A stretch of DNA of 64,000 nt from a bacterium (GTDB lineage Bacteria; CLD3; SB21): the NCBI GenBank assembly GCA_013360215.1, contig JABWCP010000001.1, positions 24,193 through 88,192 on the forward strand. Reading direction: 5' to 3'. Under the pieces are notes generated by a model that ran no database searches, had not been told where the DNA came from, and worked only from the letters and a program-made list of their open reading frames with translations. Shown one piece after another: positions 50,197 through 59,694 of this stretch; position 1 is the first letter of the stretch, and each line of letters starts with the position of its first letter. The translations under genes were made by a program, and so were the position numbers.

Positions 50197-50975
50197 TACA
50201 GTACCTTATCTATTTTTCCTTTTAGGAATTTATTCAACATTTCACGCGCTCGAAAAATCCGCGCTTTTACTGTCCCGATCGGTATGTTGAGCATTTCAGA
50301 AATTTCTTCATACGATAATTCTTCCGAATGCCTTAAAAATATAACCCGTTTGTATTTTTCCGGTAATTCGTCGATCGCACCCTTGATCATTTGCGTTCTC
50401 TCGTTACGCATCATTTCTTTTTCGGGGTGATACGTAAGATCGGGTATCTCAATCTGATACTCAGAATCCTTATATTGTACCGGTGCATCAATCGAATACG
50501 TCTGCAACTTTTTCTTGCGAAGGTGGTCTATACAGTTATTGGTTGCAATTTTGTATAACCATGTGCTGAATGCATATTCGTAATTAAAATTACTTAATGA
50601 GGTAAAAGCCTTCATAAATGCTTCCTGCACCAAGTCCTCGGCTTCCTCGGATTTATGTACCATACGATACATCAAACCGAATATCTGAGGACGATACCTA
50701 TTCATCAGCAGTTCGAATGCTTTTTGATCGCCACCGACGGCCCGAGCTATGAACTCAAAATCTTCTTTTTTCTGCTTTTCACGCTTTTCCAAAAGAAGCC
50801 GATTGGGATCCTCCGGCGTTAACGGCACATCAAGATCCAAATCATCGTCAAGTTTTGGCTTGGACGGTGGTTGCTCAGAAACCACTGATTGTAGCGGGGT
50901 TTTCAAAGAGCGTTGAACCGGCTTACGCTTGGCTTTCGCAGTCGGTTTATTTTTCTTTATTGCGCGCTTGGCCAT
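50196..50975 (-). CDS. ECF (sigma-70 family) RNA polymerase sigma factor with a charged N-terminal extension
   Basis: Region 2 DLVQEAFMKAF and region 4 SYEEISEMLNIPIGTVKARIFRAR. An approx 70-aa K-rich then D-rich N-terminal extension. The ORF-track start at 50981 is TTG. ATG at 50975. Confidence 0.8.
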   Translation of the reverse strand: MAKRAIKKNKPTAKAKRKPVQRSLKTPLQSVVSEQPPSKPKLDDDLDLDVPLTPEDPNRLLLEKREKQKKEDFEFIARAVGGDQKAFELLMNRYRPQIFGLMYRMVHKSEEAEDLVQEAFMKAFTSLSNFNYEYAFSTWLYKIATNNCIDHLRKKKLQTYSIDAPVQYKDSEYQIEIPDLTYHPEKEMMRNERTQMIKGAIDELPEKYKRVIFLRHSEELSYEEISEMLNIPIGTVKARIFRAREMLNKFLKGKIDKVL

Positions 50976-51004
50976 TTCCAAACCAATAGTGATACGTTAA
51001 ATGT

Positions 51005-52351
51005 TTATTCTAAGTTTCGATTATTTTCGATTTCTTTTAAACCGTGTTTATCCAGAACGCCGTAAATTAAGGGTTTTTTATCCGGTGCATTATACTCTAT
51101 TTTATAAGCACTCTGTATTCGATGCGCGACCGTTTTTCCATCCACGCGGGGTGAATGATAAATTTCGGCAATGAGGTCATTGGCTTTGACGGCATCACCC
51201 ACTTTTTTCTTTATAACTATACCGGCTGTCGGGTCAATCGTATCTTCTTTTTTACTGCGACCGGCACCGATCGCAACCGACGCTAAACCGATCTGCAATG
51301 TATCCGTCGCCGTGACAAATCCGTCCGTTTGAGCATACACCGGAGTTTTGCATTCGGCTTCAGGATACGTTTCAGGCCGGTCAATATAGGATAAATTACC
51401 GCCATGTACACGCACGATTTCACGAAATTTATCAAATGCTTTGCCGTTATTCAAATTATCTTTACACCGCGCATAGGCTTCGTCATACGTCATACCGGGA
51501 TTAGCAAACATGAGCATATACGCCGTTTGCGCTAATGTCAGTTGAATAATATCCTGCGGGCCGCCGCCGCGTAAAACATCCAGCGATTCACGCACTTCCA
51601 GCCAATTGCCAATTCCCTCGCCGAGTGGTTCATCCATATTGGTAAGTAACGCCACAACCGATTTGCCGGCCGATTCACCGATAGATACCAAGTGTTGTGC
51701 CAGATTGACGGCGTCATCAAAGTGCCGCATAAAAGCGCCATTGCCCACTTTGACATCCAGTACAAGTGCGTCTATGCCTTCTGCTAGTTTCTTGCTCATA
51801 ATACTTGCCGAAATCAGCGGTATAGATTCTACGGTCGCTGTCACGTCACGCAGCGCGTATAGTTTTTTATCGGCTGGAGCAATTTCCGCCGTTTGACCGA
51901 TCATGCAAACTCCGATGGATCGCAGTACGTTTATGAATTTTTCCATCGAAAAAAAAATATCGAATCCGGTTATGGATTCAAGTTTATCCAATGTACCCCC
52001 CGTATGACCAAGACCGCGACCACTGATCATCGGCACGACAACGCCCAGCGAAGCTGCCAGTGGAGCAAGTATCAAAGAAATTTTATCGCCGACGCCGCCG
52101 GTACTGTGTTTGTCTACTTTGATACCCGGTATGGACGATAAATCAACAACCACTCCGGAATCCCGCATTGCCAAAGTCAGGTCCGTCGTTTCACGGAATG
52201 TCATTCCGTTAAAAAAAACGCTCATCAGCCATGCGGACATCTGATAATCGGGAATTTCGCCGTCGGTATACGACCGTATAAGCCACCGAATTTCATCGCC
52301 GGACAACTCCTGGCGATTTCTTTTTTTCATTATGATTTCATATGGCGACAT
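51005..52351 (-). CDS. deoA: Thymidine (pyrimidine-nucleoside) phosphorylase
   Basis: HSTGGVGDK and the glycosyl-transferase-family-3 fold. Confidence 0.9.
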   Translation of the reverse strand: MSPYEIIMKKRNRQELSGDEIRWLIRSYTDGEIPDYQMSAWLMSVFFNGMTFRETTDLTLAMRDSGVVVDLSSIPGIKVDKHSTGGVGDKISLILAPLAASLGVVVPMISGRGLGHTGGTLDKLESITGFDIFFSMEKFINVLRSIGVCMIGQTAEIAPADKKLYALRDVTATVESIPLISASIMSKKLAEGIDALVLDVKVGNGAFMRHFDDAVNLAQHLVSIGESAGKSVVALLTNMDEPLGEGIGNWLEVRESLDVLRGGGPQDIIQLTLAQTAYMLMFANPGMTYDEAYARCKDNLNNGKAFDKFREIVRVHGGNLSYIDRPETYPEAECKTPVYAQTDGFVTATDTLQIGLASVAIGAGRSKKEDTIDPTAGIVIKKKVGDAVKANDLIAEIYHSPRVDGKTVAHRIQSAYKIEYNAPDKKPLIYGVLDKHGLKEIENNRNLE

Positions 52352-53105
52352 AGTTTTTCTTTCTTAAAACAAAATGAACGCGCTCCGATGCCTCACTTCC
52401 GTCCGTAAAACCAAGATTGGCTAATTGCGCAACGCAGGTAAATGGTGATGCACGGATTATCGCATGGATTTCATCCAAAGAATAAATTCGTTGTTGATGG
52501 GTTTCATGAAACAAGGTTCCGTTTATTTCTGCTTCGATTTCGTTAAATTGTGTTCGGGAAACGCGATCATAGTAACTGCGGCGTTTGTAATGATGCGTTC
52601 GATCCAGTTCATACCTCTGATCGAAGTGATCAAGTGAGTTTTTTTCAGTACAGACATCAAAAATAAAAACACCACGGTCCGTGATACACTCAGAAACATG
52701 ATTAAAGAAATTCAGGATATCTTCAGCTTTCATCAGATAATTAACACTGTCATATAGGCAAAGCGCGGCATCGCATTCGACAGTAGGCTTGAAAGAAAGC
52801 ATATCGCCAGTAAAAAATTGCATCTTATCCGATTGAGCAACGGGTTTTTTACGTGCGGTCATGATCATGGTTTCAGACCGATCGCTGCATATCATCGTAT
52901 AAGGAAACGCGGCCATCGCTGCGGCAAAATTACCGGTTCCGCAGGCAAATTCACAGACGGTTGATATACCAGACCCGTAACGCTCGAATATTTGATGAAT
53001 AAATGACGACCATGTCCGGTAATCCACATGCTCCATCATGCCGTCATAAAAATCTGCAAGCATAGAATACGGAGGTACATTCTTTTTTTCAAGAAAAGGC
53101 TGCAT
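52338..53105 (-). CDS. Class I SAM-dependent methyltransferase
   Basis: Motif I VCEFACGTGNFA and motif II LCLYDSVNYL. Confidence 0.7.
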   Translation of the reverse strand: MQPFLEKKNVPPYSMLADFYDGMMEHVDYRTWSSFIHQIFERYGSGISTVCEFACGTGNFAAAMAAFPYTMICSDRSETMIMTARKKPVAQSDKMQFFTGDMLSFKPTVECDAALCLYDSVNYLMKAEDILNFFNHVSECITDRGVFIFDVCTEKNSLDHFDQRYELDRTHHYKRRSYYDRVSRTQFNEIEAEINGTLFHETHQQRIYSLDEIHAIIRASPFTCVAQLANLGFTDGSEASERVHFVLRKKNYVAI

Positions 53106-53751
53106 GCGCCATCACTTTCAGTGAAAATAAGTCCGGAATTACAACATCCGCTTCATTCAAATATTTTTGATCTAGGGTCGTCGTCAGTGCGATACACGCC
53201 ATCTTCGCTTTTTTGGCTGCAGTTACTCCCAAAGGTGCGTTTTCTATCACAATGCACCGTTCGGGTGATACGGAAAGCCTCGTCGCCGCTGTCGTGTAGG
53301 GCTCCGGATCAGGTTTGGTTTTCATAACGTCATCAGCCGTTATGATGACTTCAAATCGTTTTGTAAAATCCGGCCCCACTGTTTTATAAAAACGGTCCCG
53401 ATGCGCTCCGGTAACCAATCCGGTTTTCAGACCTTGTTTGCGAAACCATTCGATCAAGTCCTCAGCCCCATCGTAAAGCTTAGGTTTTGCCGTATTCAGG
53501 TATAAATTATTCTTCTTCTTTCCAATCTCCTGACCATATTTAATATCCACGCCGTGGTTCATACATAATTGTTCGGCTATTACAAAAAGGCTTTGGCCTT
53601 CGAGTAAACAAAATTCGTCCCAGTTTATGGAAACGCCGTATTCAGAAAAAACACTATTCCAAGAGCGATGGTGATCGCCAATACTATCCATGAGTACGCC
53701 GTCAAAATCAAAGAGTACGGCTGAAAATTCCTGTAAACGTAAGTTTGACAT
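53089..53751 (-). CDS. HAD-superfamily hydrolase (beta-phosphoglucomutase-like subfamily)
   Basis: LFDFDGVLMDS, LVTGAHR and ENAPLGVTAAKKA. Confidence 0.7.
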   Translation of the reverse strand: MSNLRLQEFSAVLFDFDGVLMDSIGDHHRSWNSVFSEYGVSINWDEFCLLEGQSLFVIAEQLCMNHGVDIKYGQEIGKKKNNLYLNTAKPKLYDGAEDLIEWFRKQGLKTGLVTGAHRDRFYKTVGPDFTKRFEVIITADDVMKTKPDPEPYTTAATRLSVSPERCIVIENAPLGVTAAKKAKMACIALTTTLDQKYLNEADVVIPDLFSLKVMAHAAFS

Positions 53752-54459
53752 CTATCGTTTTTTCATTCTGCGATGATATCGCATTTCTAATTCTTCCGGT
53801 GAAGCACCCAGCAAACGAAAACGAATAATCACTTCCGCCGCGATACATATGCGCTTGACGATACCGGAAGAAAAATATCGGCGCGACGAAACGATAACCG
53901 GATCTTTTATGATAATCATTCGCCCTGCCTTTTTCATTGCATCACAAAATATCACATCTTCCAACAAAGACACTTGTTTAAATCCGCCAAGCTGATGAAA
54001 TACGCTTGATCGGACAAAGATCGCATTGGTACCAACGAGATTACGCAACCAAAGTGTGCGGATCGTATTGATGAGGATACGGTACAATCGCATGAGCATA
54101 TTTTCGGGATTATATTTTTTTTGAAATCCGCCGCCGATGCATTGGGGATCGCTCAGAAATTGTTCGACGGATTTAAACGCATCCGGAGGAAGTTGGCAAT
54201 CTACATGCAAAAAGAGCAGTACCTCACCTTTAGCGGCTTGGGCTCCCCGATTAAGTTGGTTCGCTCGCCCTTTATCACCCGATACGACGGTGCACGGAAA
54301 AGATAAATTTTTCAAATCACTTACACGTTCGAGCGTTCCATCTGTACTGCCACCGTCGGAAACGATAACTTCGAATACGCCGGTCTGATGTTTCAGTTGT
54401 TCAATACAATGGGTTATCCACTGGCCTTCATTGAGGACAGGTATGATGACAGAGATCAT
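53752..54459 (-). CDS. Family 2 glycosyltransferase (resembles the TIGR04283-type rSAM/selenodomain-associated GT2s)
   Basis: SVIIPVLNE, VSDGGSTDGT, GRANQLNRGA...LLFLHVDCQLP, LLEDVIFCDAMKKAG and VSSRRY. Confidence 0.7.
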   Translation of the reverse strand: MISVIIPVLNEGQWITHCIEQLKHQTGVFEVIVSDGGSTDGTLERVSDLKNLSFPCTVVSGDKGRANQLNRGAQAAKGEVLLFLHVDCQLPPDAFKSVEQFLSDPQCIGGGFQKKYNPENMLMRLYRILINTIRTLWLRNLVGTNAIFVRSSVFHQLGGFKQVSLLEDVIFCDAMKKAGRMIIIKDPVIVSSRRYFSSGIVKRICIAAEVIIRFRLLGASPEELEMRYHRRMKKR

Positions 54460-55580
54460 CCCGGAGAATTTCCGTTTTGTTGGAGACCAAGACGTTGATT
54501 GACAGCATCCATTTGTCGCTGTTTGTATTTACTATGGCTGCCCTCGCCGATCTCATTATTCTGGTACGTCATCTGGTCCATGATCTGTATTTCGACCGGC
54601 ACAAAAATAATACGGCCAAATTCGGAAAAATCCGGTGTGTATAAAAAATCATCCACCCGTATCGGTATATCCATAACGATATTGATGGAACGATAGCTTG
54701 TGCTTGAAAATTTATTTTCTTTGGATACTTCATCCGGATCAAAACCGTGCGTATCTTTTCGTCTGAGAAATTTTGCGTACGATCTCAGATTGGGAAACAT
54801 CTCAACGAGCTCTGCAAAGGCAATCAGATTATTATGCGAACTCCCCGGAATAACATAATTAAACGGACAAATCGTGCGGCCTAAAAAATACAATACCGGC
54901 AGTATGTCTTCGAGCGTCTGAGTAATGATACGAAAGCGGATACGGTCATAGATAGCCGCCGCATGATTTTCTTTCTTGGCCATCAGTTTGGTAACCATGC
55001 TCATCTTGTCTTTATGGCTTCCGTAAAAATCAACGATATGAAATTCGTTATTTTTCATCGTCGTAACGGCATGTTCCACTTTCCGTTCGACGGCAAAATA
55101 AAGATCCGAAGCCCGCATCTGGCACCGGTGGAAAAGTTCGCGCGCATCCAGGTGGTTGATCGTATGCATGATCTTGAGGACCATACACGCATAAAATTGA
55201 TGTTTATTTTTTCGTGCGGACTGTGAAGCGAGATACAGAAGTTGTTCGATGGTGGCCGATTCCGGTCGGATTTCTTTGGGTATACGATGCGGGTATTTAC
55301 TGTCGAGATATTCGACCGCTTCGCGATGAATTTTTTCAATACGTTTGTGGTCCTGCACATTGGTAAGATCGTAGCCGTTGACTTGTAAAAAAAGCTGAAC
55401 CTGATCCGGTGTATGAAAATCTAGACGGAACCAATCAATCACCGAATCTCCGTTGAGTACCAGCCGAATGGCTTCGAGATCACTCAAACGCATATCGCTG
55501 AGATAGAGTATCTCCTGCGGAGAAAAAATATTTTTCACCGGCGGAACATACAACGGCGCTTTTTTCTTGGGATCAATCAT
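54456..55580 (-). CDS. Divergent RelA/SpoT-domain nucleotidyltransferase (small-alarmone-synthetase-like)
   Basis: Aligns with the Rel synthetase core. AIYDRIRFRII matches EIYDLLAVRII, SYRSINIV matches YQSLHTTV, PVEIQIMD matches LEVQIRT, and GSHSKYK matches AAHWAYK. ATG 55580 forms an ATGA overlap with the PHP gene. Confidence 0.5.
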   Translation of the reverse strand: MIDPKKKAPLYVPPVKNIFSPQEILYLSDMRLSDLEAIRLVLNGDSVIDWFRLDFHTPDQVQLFLQVNGYDLTNVQDHKRIEKIHREAVEYLDSKYPHRIPKEIRPESATIEQLLYLASQSARKNKHQFYACMVLKIMHTINHLDARELFHRCQMRASDLYFAVERKVEHAVTTMKNNEFHIVDFYGSHKDKMSMVTKLMAKKENHAAAIYDRIRFRIITQTLEDILPVLYFLGRTICPFNYVIPGSSHNNLIAFAELVEMFPNLRSYAKFLRRKDTHGFDPDEVSKENKFSSTSYRSINIVMDIPIRVDDFLYTPDFSEFGRIIFVPVEIQIMDQMTYQNNEIGEGSHSKYKQRQMDAVNQRLGLQQNGNSPG

Positions 55581-56428
55581 GCGTTTACTTTGCGCAAAGC
55601 TTGTGCGCGATCCTTGAGTCGCTGGACGACGGAATACGGGACACGGTACTGACCTATGAGCGGCACTTGCCCTCGCCCGTGGCAATCGGAACCGCCGCTT
55701 TCTTCGAGTCCGTATTGTACAGTAAGGCGTCGGTAATATGCGGTCGAATCGGCCGTATGTTTGGGATGAATGCACTCGATTCCGTGGATACCGGCTTTGA
55801 TCATATCATAGACATGCGTTTCTTTCATATTAAGCGTAGGATGCGCCAAAACGGCTACACCCCCGGCCTTTTCGATGAGCTCGACGGCAAAACGCGGTGA
55901 AATTTTATATTTATCCTCATAGGCTGTACCGTCAGGGCCGAGAAACCGCGCAAAAACATCGTTGATATTGTACGCCAATTTTTTGGATAACATCACATCG
56001 GCAATGTGCGGTCTGCCGATCACACCGCGACCGGCTTTCATTTCGACTTCTTCGATCGTAATCTCCATGCCTTGTTTTTGAAGACGGTCAATAATACGTA
56101 TGGCCCGGTGGCGCCGCTCATCTCGGTAAAGCTGCAGTTGCGCATCCAATGCCGCATCGGTGTGATCAAAACAATATCCCAAAACGTGAATATCGCGTCC
56201 ATCCCAAGTCGTGCTGAGTTCTATGCCGGTCAGGACTTCCACATTATGTTTATTCCCCGCTTCTGTGGCTTCATCCACGGCCTTCACCGTGTCATGATCG
56301 GTGATCGCTATACAGTTCAGGCCGATTTTGGCGGCGTACTTTACAATGGCTTCCGGCGATAATATGCCATCCGAATAATAGGAATGCATATGCAGATCGG
56401 CCCAAAGTTCGGACGTTTTTTCGATCAT
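55577..56428 (-). CDS. PHP-family phosphoesterase, TrpH/YciV (RNase AM / 3',5'-bisphosphonucleotide phosphatase)-like
   Basis: DLHMHSYYSDG, IAITDHDT, GIELSTTWDGRDIHVLGY, GGVAVLAHP and GSDCHG match TrpH-type PHP enzymes. Confidence 0.8.
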   Translation of the reverse strand: MIEKTSELWADLHMHSYYSDGILSPEAIVKYAAKIGLNCIAITDHDTVKAVDEATEAGNKHNVEVLTGIELSTTWDGRDIHVLGYCFDHTDAALDAQLQLYRDERRHRAIRIIDRLQKQGMEITIEEVEMKAGRGVIGRPHIADVMLSKKLAYNINDVFARFLGPDGTAYEDKYKISPRFAVELIEKAGGVAVLAHPTLNMKETHVYDMIKAGIHGIECIHPKHTADSTAYYRRLTVQYGLEESGGSDCHGRGQVPLIGQYRVPYSVVQRLKDRAQALRKVNA

Positions 56429-56434
56429 AAATCC

Positions 56435-57526
56435 TTAGAGTAATTCCGATAATAGCGGCGCTTGTTTTTTAAAAGCCATCCGAAGTCCGCCGAGATTGAC
56501 TTCCGGTTCGCATAAGACAAATAACCATTCTTTGCGACCGGGCACTGGCGCCATGAAAATGGTTTTCTTATTGAAATCAAGAGTGATAAAACGAAGCCCT
56601 TCGCCTTTCAGTTCCGTATCCACTTTCAGCAGATATTCCAAGCCTGGTGGAATGATCGTACTCAGAAGCGTGATATCCATACGCTCTTCTTTTTTTTCAT
56701 TAAAAAGCGACGCTCTCGAAAACCCGGCATCATCGATCACAGCTACCAGATCCACACCTTTGATTTTGATAAACTCCGCTATAGATGACTTTATTTTTTC
56801 GAGCATCTCCTGACGCGATTCTTCTTTGATCTGCGTTTTCGTCTCGGGCGAATATTCATCTTTGCGGCGCATTCCTTCCAATAAAAGACTTTGCCACCCT
56901 TTATCTATAGTCTCTTTTTCGGGATCTTCACCTTTACGAAATTCAAAACGTCCGTTTTCCCATGCCAATATTTTATAAAACGCTTCTTCGCCGATCAGCG
57001 TACCGCATTCGGCATGAACAATATTACCATCACTAAAGTATAATGTTCCCTTCTCTTCATCTTTGTTTACCACCAAGGCGGCTTTCATACGCCCGAGTAT
57101 ATTCATTTGGATAAGATCGGACAACTGAAAGTCGGAAACTTTACCGTCAAATCCTTTTTTCTCCGTCAGTGCACGGTGTATCAGCGTACGCAGCTCTTCG
57201 ATTTCAAACGGTTTTTCGATGTAGTACAACGAACCGCGATCCGTAGCTTCACGTTGAACTTCGGCGGAACCAAAGGCTGTCATAATGATAACCTTGGTTG
57301 TCGAATACGTTTCTTTGATTTTTACAAGCAGTTCCAACCCGGACATACCCGGCATTTTGATGTCGCTTACTACCAGATCCACAGGTAATTGGGAAAGAAC
57401 ATTAAGCGCCTCTTGAGCGTTATTGACACAGATCAGGTCAAAACTATCCTTGTCTTTAGATAAATTTTTGGAAATGCTCCACGTAAGGTCTTCTTCGTCG
57501 TCAACTATGAGTACTTTTTTTTGCAT
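56435..57526 (-). CDS. Response-regulator receiver protein with a DUF4388 domain and a C-terminal roadblock-like segment
   Basis: REC: KVLIVDDEED...DLVVSDIKMPGMSGLEL. The DUF4388 pattern is FQLSDLIQMNILGRMKAALVV...GTLYFSDGNIVHAECGTLIGEEAFYKILAWENGRFEF. Confidence 0.65.
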   Translation of the reverse strand: MQKKVLIVDDEEDLTWSISKNLSKDKDSFDLICVNNAQEALNVLSQLPVDLVVSDIKMPGMSGLELLVKIKETYSTTKVIIMTAFGSAEVQREATDRGSLYYIEKPFEIEELRTLIHRALTEKKGFDGKVSDFQLSDLIQMNILGRMKAALVVNKDEEKGTLYFSDGNIVHAECGTLIGEEAFYKILAWENGRFEFRKGEDPEKETIDKGWQSLLLEGMRRKDEYSPETKTQIKEESRQEMLEKIKSSIAEFIKIKGVDLVAVIDDAGFSRASLFNEKKEERMDITLLSTIIPPGLEYLLKVDTELKGEGLRFITLDFNKKTIFMAPVPGRKEWLFVLCEPEVNLGGLRMAFKKQAPLLSELL

Positions 57527-57539
57527 ATGGATTTAACGG

Positions 57540-59654
57540 TTAGATGGTTGTTGTCAATGTATGCCGGTTTTCCAATATAGATTTTGATTTTTCTGCACAA
57601 GGTATGTGCATGATGAATGTTGTACCTTTACCCGGTACACTTTCCACTTTGATTTCACCTCCGTGCTCCTGCACGATACGATACACGATCGAAAGACCTA
57701 ACCCGATACCACCGGGTTTAGTCGTAAAAAAAGGATCAAAAATGGAACGAACTTGCTCTTGAGGAATACCTTTCCCCGTATCGCTGACGCGTATTTCCGC
57801 CATAGTTACCGGTAAATCATAGTTATTCAGCGGTGTACGCTGAACGGATTGAGCAAGGATCGCGATGCGCCCTCCTTGACCGATCGCATCCATAGCGTTC
57901 ATCATAAGATTAAGCATGACTTGCGAAAATTGATTTTCATCCACCTCGATGGGCACAAGTTTTTCGTCATACGCTTCGTGTATTTCGATGTGATCCGTCT
58001 CGGCACGCGCTTTCAAAAGAGCCTTGATTTCTTGTATCAGTTCCGGCAGTGCACAGGCTTTTTTCTCCGGGCGCACGGGTTTGGCATAGGTGAAAAAAGC
58101 TTTAAGCAAATCGTTGAGCCGGTTAATCTGTTTGATAATGCGATAAACATACTCATGGCGCGGGTCATCGGGCGGCAGTTCCTTTTGAAGGGCCTGTGCG
58201 ATGGTTTTAATGCCCGCCAAAGGGTTGCGAATTTCATGCGCAATGGCACTGGTCAATGCGCCCGATGCGGCGAGACGATCCATTCGCATGATCGTCTCAT
58301 GCATGGATTTGACCAGGGAAATATCTTTGAAACTGATAATATACCCTACCATGTTGTGGTCGACGTCGTAACGCATAGTGGTCGTAAAACCTAGAAAAAG
58401 GCGTGTACCGTCTTTTTGTCGAACCTGCACCTCCGCATTGCCCGGGGCGGATTCATTTTCTACCGTCGGATGAAGCATGCGTGAGGCCTCTTCGCGACCA
58501 AAAATTGTTTCCATTTTGTGATCGAGCAATTCGTTATCGGAATATCCTAAAATGGATTTGGCGGCACGATTGACAAATAAAATGCGCCCGGAAAAATCAG
58601 CCGTGATGATACCGGCGCTGACATTGTGCAAAATACTCTCATTAAAATTTTTCAAATCCACCAATGCATGCGTCGCCTGCCGAATTTGATCCTGCAAGTT
58701 ACGATTGAAATCCGACAACTTATTAAAAAGCTGCATATTCTCCATCGCTAAGGCGATTTGACCGGACACCGTCATGAGTAATGAAAGGTCGCCGTGTTCG
58801 AAACCCATCTGTGTTTTTTTATTGATGATCATCATCACCCCCATGAGCTGACCGCGTATGTATATGGGTGTACATATCGCTGCACGCAACGGATTGGGCG
58901 TCAGTGCATAAATCGCCGCGGGTATCCTTTCATCGCGAACGGCATCATTGACGATCATCGGCTTTTCATAACGCTCGATATATTCAAAAATCGAACCGCC
59001 ATGCGGTAATAACGTCCCGATGTGTTTTTCGGAAATATGAGATGACAATGTATGAATCGCCCAGTCCGATCCTTCCCGCGTTATGAGCAGAGCAACTTCG
59101 ACGCCAAACGCGGCCGTTATTTTATCAATAATTTCCGCTAATACGATTTTCTGTTCTTTGAGCGAAATAACAATCCGCGCTATGTCCGATAGAAGTTGCA
59201 GTTCGCGGGTACGTTCTTCTAATTTACGTTTTTCGGTTTCTTTTTCAGATATCAAATTTTCCAAACGATCGTGCAGATGCTTGATGCGCAAGAGGTTGAC
59301 GACACGCGACAACAGTTCGACACGATTGTACGGTTTCGTGATAAATTCGTCCGCACCCGCCTGTATCGCGCGATTGCGCGTTACTTTATCGGACATACCG
59401 GAAGCCAGCATCACCGGAATATGCCGCGTTCGTTCGCTCTCTTTAAGCAAACGGCACACCTGAAAGCCGTCCATCGCATACGTATCGGTAGCAATCAGCG
59501 CCAAATCATAATCGAGGCTTTTTACCTTATCGAGCACATCGTGGCCGTCATGTGCATGAACCAATGCATAATCGTTGGAGACGAGAATTTCCGTCAATGC
59601 GGACGCGGAGTCCGGATGCGGGTCACAAATTACGATAGTGGCTTTTTTCTTCAT
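57540..59654 (-). CDS. Hybrid sensor: REC, GAF, PAS, HisKA and HATPase histidine kinase
   Basis: N-terminal REC (LALIATDTYAMDG), GAF and PAS segments, H-box AHEIRNPL, and the G-boxes DTGKGIP and GGIGLGLSI. Confidence 0.85.
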   Translation of the reverse strand: MKKKATIVICDPHPDSASALTEILVSNDYALVHAHDGHDVLDKVKSLDYDLALIATDTYAMDGFQVCRLLKESERTRHIPVMLASGMSDKVTRNRAIQAGADEFITKPYNRVELLSRVVNLLRIKHLHDRLENLISEKETEKRKLEERTRELQLLSDIARIVISLKEQKIVLAEIIDKITAAFGVEVALLITREGSDWAIHTLSSHISEKHIGTLLPHGGSIFEYIERYEKPMIVNDAVRDERIPAAIYALTPNPLRAAICTPIYIRGQLMGVMMIINKKTQMGFEHGDLSLLMTVSGQIALAMENMQLFNKLSDFNRNLQDQIRQATHALVDLKNFNESILHNVSAGIITADFSGRILFVNRAAKSILGYSDNELLDHKMETIFGREEASRMLHPTVENESAPGNAEVQVRQKDGTRLFLGFTTTMRYDVDHNMVGYIISFKDISLVKSMHETIMRMDRLAASGALTSAIAHEIRNPLAGIKTIAQALQKELPPDDPRHEYVYRIIKQINRLNDLLKAFFTYAKPVRPEKKACALPELIQEIKALLKARAETDHIEIHEAYDEKLVPIEVDENQFSQVMLNLMMNAMDAIGQGGRIAILAQSVQRTPLNNYDLPVTMAEIRVSDTGKGIPQEQVRSIFDPFFTTKPGGIGLGLSIVYRIVQEHGGEIKVESVPGKGTTFIMHIPCAEKSKSILENRHTLTTTI

Positions 59655-59694
59655 ATGATTTATGCGCGGGCAATATACGGAAGCACCTTTTCAA

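Noticed and set aside
52338-54459. Arsenosugar/selenodomain-type pathway (TIGR04282/TIGR04283/ArsS-like), given that the GT2 resembles the TIGR04283 family
   Set aside because: No radical SAM ArsS-like gene, no DUF2064-type transferase and no ArsM-like Cys-rich methyltransferase are present. The methyltransferase here is a generic class I enzyme without the paired cysteines. Only the GT2 family resemblance remains, and that rests on memory.
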